From Bacteroidales bacterium (GTDB taxonomy: Bacteria > Bacteroidota > Bacteroidia > Bacteroidales > UBA12077), in NCBI GenBank assembly GCA_013138975.1, contig WTBR01000043.1, positions 28,941 through 92,940 of the forward strand: a stretch of DNA of 64,000 nt. The letters run 5' to 3'. The translations under genes and the position numbers were made by a program. Shown in pieces: positions 54,101-61,200 of the stretch. Numbering within the stretch: position 1 is the first letter of the stretch; every line of letters begins with the position of its first letter. Below the pieces are notes generated by a model that was not told the origin of the DNA, did not search any database, and was given only the letters and a program-made list of their open reading frames with translations.

Positions 54101-57100
54101 CAAAACTGGGTGAGGAGAAATACTTGTTTTTGATCGATATGCATCATATCATTACCGATGGTACTTCGGTGGCAATCACCTTGAAAGAATTTATGCAGCT
54201 TTATTCCGGTTTAGAATTAAAAACCAAACCAATACAGTATACTGATTTTTCAGAATGGCAAAATAAGCTATTAAAATTAGAGGAAATAAATAAGCAAAAG
54301 CATTTTTGGGAGAAGGAATTTGAGGAAGAAATCTCAGTATTAGAGCTACCAAATGATTATTCTCGTCCAATAGTTCAAAGCTACGAAGGAGATAGCCATA
54401 ATTTTGAACTCGACACTGAAATAACCGAGAAACTACAGCAAATATGCGCACAAGAAGGCAAAACCATGTTTATGCTTTTACTTGCAGCATATAATGTATT
54501 ATTATCAAAACTTAGTAATCAGGATGATATTGTTGTAGGATCACCAATTGCAGGAAGACGTCATGCCGATTTAGAGAACACAGTAGGGATGTTTATAAAT
54601 ACACTGGTATTAAGAAACTTTCCTTCCGGAGATAAAACATTTAAAAGTTTCTTAAATGAAGTAGGCGAAAAAACCTTAAATGTATTTGAAAATCAAGAGT
54701 ATCAGTTTGAAGATTTGGTTGGGCAATTAGCCTTGAGTAAAGATACCAGCCGTAATCCAATTTTTGATGTGGCATTTTCTTTTCATAATGAATCTGCGCC
54801 GGGGCGAATTGAACACATAAAAACTCCCGGATTAACATTACGACCGTACAATACGAATAATACTACAATAAAATTTGATCTGACTTTAAGCGCAACAAGC
54901 AAAAAAGATAAATTATTATTAAGTTTTCAGTATTGTACAAAGTTATTTAAAAAGGAAACAATAGAACGTTTTACGGAATCTTACATAAATATTCTGGAAG
55001 CAATAAGTACAGATATTAACCAGTCTCTATTTAAAATAGATATTATCTCCGATAAGGAAAAACAGTGGATATTAGAACAGCAAAACAATACATCGGTACA
55101 ATATCCTGAAAACAAATTATTACATACACTATTTGAAGAACAGGTAGAAAAAAGGGAACATAAGGTAGCGGTAAAATTTGGCGATGAGCATATTACTTAT
55201 CGCGAACTGAATAATAGGGCGAATCACTTAGGACATACGCTTCGAAAAAGGGGAATAGAACCGGGTAGTATTGTTGGACTCATACAAGACAAGTCAATTG
55301 AAATGTTGATATCTATTCTCGGTGTTTTAAAAGCAGGAGCTGGTTATTTACCAATAAATCCATCGTATCCTCAAGAGAGAATCGAATTTTTAATAAATGA
55401 TTCAAATGCAGCTATAGTTGTTGTATCAGAAACCACAAAACAAAAGTACACTGAAAAGCAGATTAATATATCAGATTTAAGCGATGAAGAAGTAAGTATA
55501 TCAAACTTAAAAACAGATCAATCTCCAGAAAGTTTAGCGTATATCATATATACTTCGGGTACTACAGGTAAACCTAAAGGAGTAATGATAAATCATAAAA
55601 ATGTAGTTCGTTTATTATTTAACGATTCGGAACTCTTTGATTTTAATGACCAAGATGTTTGGAGTATGTTTCATGCCTATAATTTTGATTTTTCGGTATG
55701 GGAAATATATGGAGCATTACTTAAGGGCGGAGAGTTAGTTGTTTTTAACGATTCGGAGGTTAAGGATGCAAGCGTAGTTACAGAAAAAATAATCAAAGAA
55801 AACATTACAGTTCTAAATCAAACACCAGCTTCGTTTTATAATTTACAGTATAGCAACGATAATATATTAAGTAAAAAGCTTCAATTACGTTATGTTATTT
55901 TTGGAGGTGATGCATTAATTTCTTCTAAGCTAAAAGAATGGAAAGAATATTTTCCGGGGATAAAATTTGTAAATATGTATGGCATAACAGAAACAACAGT
56001 TCATGTCACATATAAGGAAATAGGCGATGAAGAGATAAAGGGAAATAAAAGTAATATAGGTAAATCAATACCAACTTTATCTACATATATTTTAGACGAA
56101 AGGCAAGGAGTATTGCCCATAGGAGTTGGAGGTGAAATATGTATTAGTGGTGCCGGAACGAGTGTTGGATATTTGAATAATCCGGAATTAACAAACGAAA
56201 AATTTATACCCAATCCATATCAACAAGGAGAGCGCCTTTATAAATCGGGAGATAAGGGAAGGATACTGAAAAATGGAGACATAGAGTATTTAGGTCGTAT
56301 CGATCAACAGGTTAAAATTAGAGGATACAGAATAGAATTAGGAGAAATAAATTCTTATTTATCAGGCTATGATCAAATAAAAAAGTCTGTTGTAGGTGTA
56401 ATTCCAATGAACGAAGAAAAAGCCTTGGTGGCTTACTTTATATCATCCGGGAAAATAGCATCCGACCAGCTAAAAAAATATCTATTAGGAAGTCTTCCTG
56501 AATATATGATTCCGACTTATTTTATTCAAGTAGAAAATATTCCTTTAACAAGCAATGGTAAAGTGGATTGGAAATCTTTACCCGAACCCGATATTAAGAT
56601 AAAAGAACAATATGAAGAAGCTACAAGTACAGCAGAATTAAAGATTTTGGAGATTTGGGCTAATGTTTTAAATATTGATAGTTCTGCAATTAGTGTAAGC
56701 GAAAGTTTCTTTAAAATTGGAGGTAACTCGCTAAATGCTAATCAGGTAGTTTTAAAGATTCATCAAAGTTTAAATGTAAAATTACCTTTAACAGATTTGT
56801 TTCGATTCCAAACCATAAGGGAGCTGGCACAAAGATTAAATCAGTATAAAACCGAAGATTTTATATTGATGAAAAATACAGAAAAGAAAGAATACTACAA
56901 TATTTCACCGGCACAAAGAAGATTATACCTTCTTCAGCAAATGGCTGCAAATAATATTACGTATAATTTACCGCAGTTAATAAAATTAAATTTTGAACTT
57001 GATGTTAAAAAAGTTGAGGAAGTATTTATAAAACTAATTAATAGACATGAATGTTTTAGAACTTCATTTCATGTAATTAATGGAAAAATTGTTCAGCGAA

Positions 57101-58221
57101 TTAACGAAGAATCTAAAATTGAAATTGATTTTTATGATATTAAATCGACAAATAAGGAAGCAATAATTTCAAACTTTATTAAACCTTTTGATATTTCTAA
57201 ATCACCCTTAATAAGACTTAGCATAATCAAAGAAAATACGAATAGTTATATACTTTTGATTGATATGCATCATATAATTTCCGATGAAGTATCTCAGGAA
57301 TTATTAATGAAAGAATTTAACTTATTGTACAATAACGAATCGCTGAGTAAGCAAAAATTACAATACAAAGATTTTGCAGAATGGTTTTGTTCTGAAAATA
57401 GCGTGAATATATTGGAAAGTGAAGAGAAATTTTGGTTGGATATGTACAAGGATAATATTCCAATACTTAATTTGCCAATAGATAATTTAAGAGATAAGGA
57501 TGTGTTTTCATCAGGGGATAAAAAGAATTATTTTATCGATGATCAACTTGCTGCGAAAATAAAAGACTTAGCAATAAAAAAAGAGTGTTCAATAAATAAT
57601 TTACTTTTTAGTATTTATTTTATTCTTCTCGCAAAATTATCTGGTCAAGATGATCTTGTTATAGGAACAGTTGCCTCCGGTCGAAAACATGTAGATTTAA
57701 TAAACATAATTGGCTTTTTTGTAAATATGCTGGCGATAAGAAATAAACCTGCCGGTAATAGAAAATTCAGTGTGTTTTTAAACGAAGTGACTAATAATTA
57801 TTATTCGGCTATTGATAATCAGAATTACCAATTTGATGAATTAATCGATAAACTTAAAATCACCAGAACCGAAAATCGTAATCCTTTGGTTGATGCCGTT
57901 TATGTTTTTAAAGACAGTTCGGATGTTTTTATAGAAAGCAAAGAAACGTTAAATGAAGATAAATTAGACTTTAACATATCGCATTTTGATATTATGTTTT
58001 ATTTAACTGAATATAAGAATAGTATGCGTATTTCAGTTGAGTATAGCACAAAATTATTCTCCGAAAAGACAATTGATAATATGGCAAGTTCTTATATAAA
58101 ACTATTAGAACAGATTGTTGAAAATGAGGACATTACTATTGATGAATTACAGATTGTTGATGATTTTAAATCAACAACTACTGATATAGAATCACTTAAT
58201 CAAATTGAATTCGAATTATAA
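51190..58221 (+). CDS. bimodular NRPS, half-C-A-T-C-A-T-C (Val-like and Thr-like codes)
   Basis: The N-terminal region is C-lobe-only (RDFWLDKL...). Module 1: A1 has [61 protein letters not shown]. T1 is FFELGGHS. The first C domain has [16 protein letters not shown] and HHIITDGTS. Module 2: A2 has [59 protein letters not shown]. T2 is KIGGNS. The final C domain has [15 protein letters not shown] and HHIISDE at 57268-57288. It ends ...QIEFEL. Confidence 0.9.
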   Translation: [2343 protein letters not shown]

Positions 58222-58234
58222 GAATTAAGATAAA

Positions 58235-61200
58235 ATGAAGAATAGAACATTATCGCAAGTATCATTATCATCATCAAAATATACTAAAGAAAAGGACTTT
58301 TGGTTAAAATTCTTTTCTGGTGTAAAAAGTAAAAACGCTATTGTAGGATTAATTGATACTAACAACAATAATACTGAAAGTGTATTCGAAAAAATACAAA
58401 TCTCTTTTGAATCCAATCTTTGTAATGGAATAAATAAGATATGTAAAAACTCGGATAATACTTTACACATATTTTTAACAGCCGTATTAACAGAATTATT
58501 GCATCGATATACTGGCGATGAAGATATTATTATAGGTACACCAATTTACAGGCAGGATCAGGAGGGAGACTATATAAATACAGTACTTGCAATACGATCG
58601 AAGATAGAAAAAGGGCAAAGCTTTAAAGATCTTTTACTGAAGGTAGTAAGACCTAATGTTATAGAATGTATCAAACATCAGAATTACCCATTTGAGAGTT
58701 TACTCCATCAATTAAATTTAGGAGCATTAGATGGAATTAATCCCTTATTTGATGTAGCCATATTATTAGATAATATACAAGAAAAGAGCTATTTAGATCA
58801 TATTCCTAAGCGATTGTTATTTAAATTCAATCATAGTTCAGAGGGGCAAGTGTCCTGTGAATTAGAATATGACGCATCGGTAATAAGTAAATCTTCGGCA
58901 AGCAATTTATTGCTTCATTATGAGTTTTTAGCAAAACAATTAATAAGCAATATAGCAGTACCCATGGATGATCTGGCGATGCTTTTACCCGCAGAACAAA
59001 AGCAGGTTATAGAAGATTTTAATTCAACAGAAAATACTTATCCATCGGAAGAATCCGTTGACAGTTTATTTAGAGAAACAGCTGCATTAAATAAAGACAA
59101 AGTAGCACTAAAATATAATGGACATCATATAACTTACCGAGAATTAGATCAACGTTCAAGCCAGTTAAGTAGCTATTTGCAAAAACAAGGAGTAGAAAAG
59201 GGAGAACCTGTAGGGATCATGATTGGTCATAGCGTAGAGATGATTGTTGGTTTATTAGGAATCTTAAAATCAGGAGGAATTTATTGTCCAATTAATATTG
59301 ATTACCCGGAAGAACGCAAACGAAGTCTTCTAGCAGATAGCAATATACGCTTTTTGCTATGCAAGGATTTAGAATTTAAGAATGATGCTGTAACGAAGAT
59401 TGATTTGACATTAATAGAGTTGAATCAGGAAGAATTTGCAGAGGTATCAAAGCATACAGGTCAGGATGCTTGCTATATTATGTATACTTCAGGATCAACA
59501 GGACAACCAAAAGGAGTTATCATAAATCATCAAAATGTAGTTCGATTAGTAAAGAATACGAATTTTGTAAATTTTAATTCCGATTACCGCATATTACAAA
59601 CAGGTGCATTGGAGTTTGATGCTTCAACATTCGAACTTTGGGGATCCTTATTAAATGGAGGTACCTTATACCTGGAAGATAAGTACACAATCATAAACGA
59701 TCAAAAACTAAAAAGTACACTAGAGAAAAATTCAATAAACACCATCTGGATGACTTCCCCATTATTTAACCAGATGTTAGATACAGACATTTCCATTTTT
59801 AAGAACCTCGATCATTTATTAGTTGGAGGAGATGTATTATCAACTAAACATATTAACAAGTTACGTGAATCTTATCCCGGAATAAAAGTAACAAATGGTT
59901 ATGGACCTACAGAAAACACGACATTTTCAACAACACATGAAATTACAAAACAGTATAATGGAAATAACATTCCAATTGGAAAACCCATAAATAATTCCAC
60001 AGCTTATATAATAGATCATAAGGAACATATTTTACCACCTGAAGTTCCGGGAGAGTTGTATGTAGGTGGCGATGGAGTAGGATTAGGATATTTGAATAAT
60101 CCTGAATACACACACGAAAAATTTATAGAACTGCAAGATCTTCCGGGACAAAGATTTTATAAAACAGGAGATAAGGCCTTATGGCTTTCCGATGGAGAAA
60201 TCTCGTTTTTAGGAAGGATCGACTATCAGGTAAAAATTCGCGGTTACCGCATAGAACCGGGAGAAGTTGAAAGTGTAATCACTTCCGATAATGAAGTAAA
60301 AGAATCATTAGTAATAGTTAAGGAGAATAACGAAGGAGAAAAATATTTATGTGCCTACCTGGTAGGAGAAAGTGACCTGGAAATTTCAGACCTGAAAATT
60401 CGCTTGAAAGATAGCTTACCGGACTATATGCTACCTACTTATATAGTTAAGCTTGATAAATTTCCATTAACCACCAATGGAAAGATAGATAGAAAATTAT
60501 TGCCAGAACCTGAAATAGACTTTGGAAAAGAACTTATTGCCCCAAGAAACCCAACTGAAAAAAGACTATTAGAAATATGGTCAGAATTATTAGGTATTGA
60601 AAAAGAAAATATCGGAATAGATTCAAATTTTTTTGAATTAGGAGGACACTCATTGAAAGCAACATTACTGACCTCCCAAATATATAAGATATTAAATGTT
60701 GAGTTGCCACTTTCGGAGATATTTAAAAATCAAACAATCCGAGAACTGTCTTTAGTATTGGAATCATCAGCAGAAGGATTGTATAAATCAATAAGTCAAG
60801 CCCCGGTTCAGTCATATTATGCACTTTCATCAGCTCAAATGCGGCTTTATATTTTGGATCAAATGGATATGACTTCCACAAGTTATAATATTCCCATGGC
60901 TTTTATATTAGAAGGCGACATCGATTTAAAAAAGCTGATAAACACATTACAAAAGCTGGTAAAAAGACATGCCGCTTTACGTACATCCTTTGTTCAGGTA
61001 GATCAAATTCCCAAACAAAGAATAGCGGAAGATGCAGAATTGCAGGTAAAATATTATTCAGAATCTACAGTCACACCAAGGGAATTATTTTCTGATTTTG
61101 TACAAGCCTTTGATTTGAGTCAGGCACCCTTAATGAGGGTAAGCCTTGTAAAACAGAATGAAGGGCAATATTTATTTATGATAGATATGCATCATATCAT

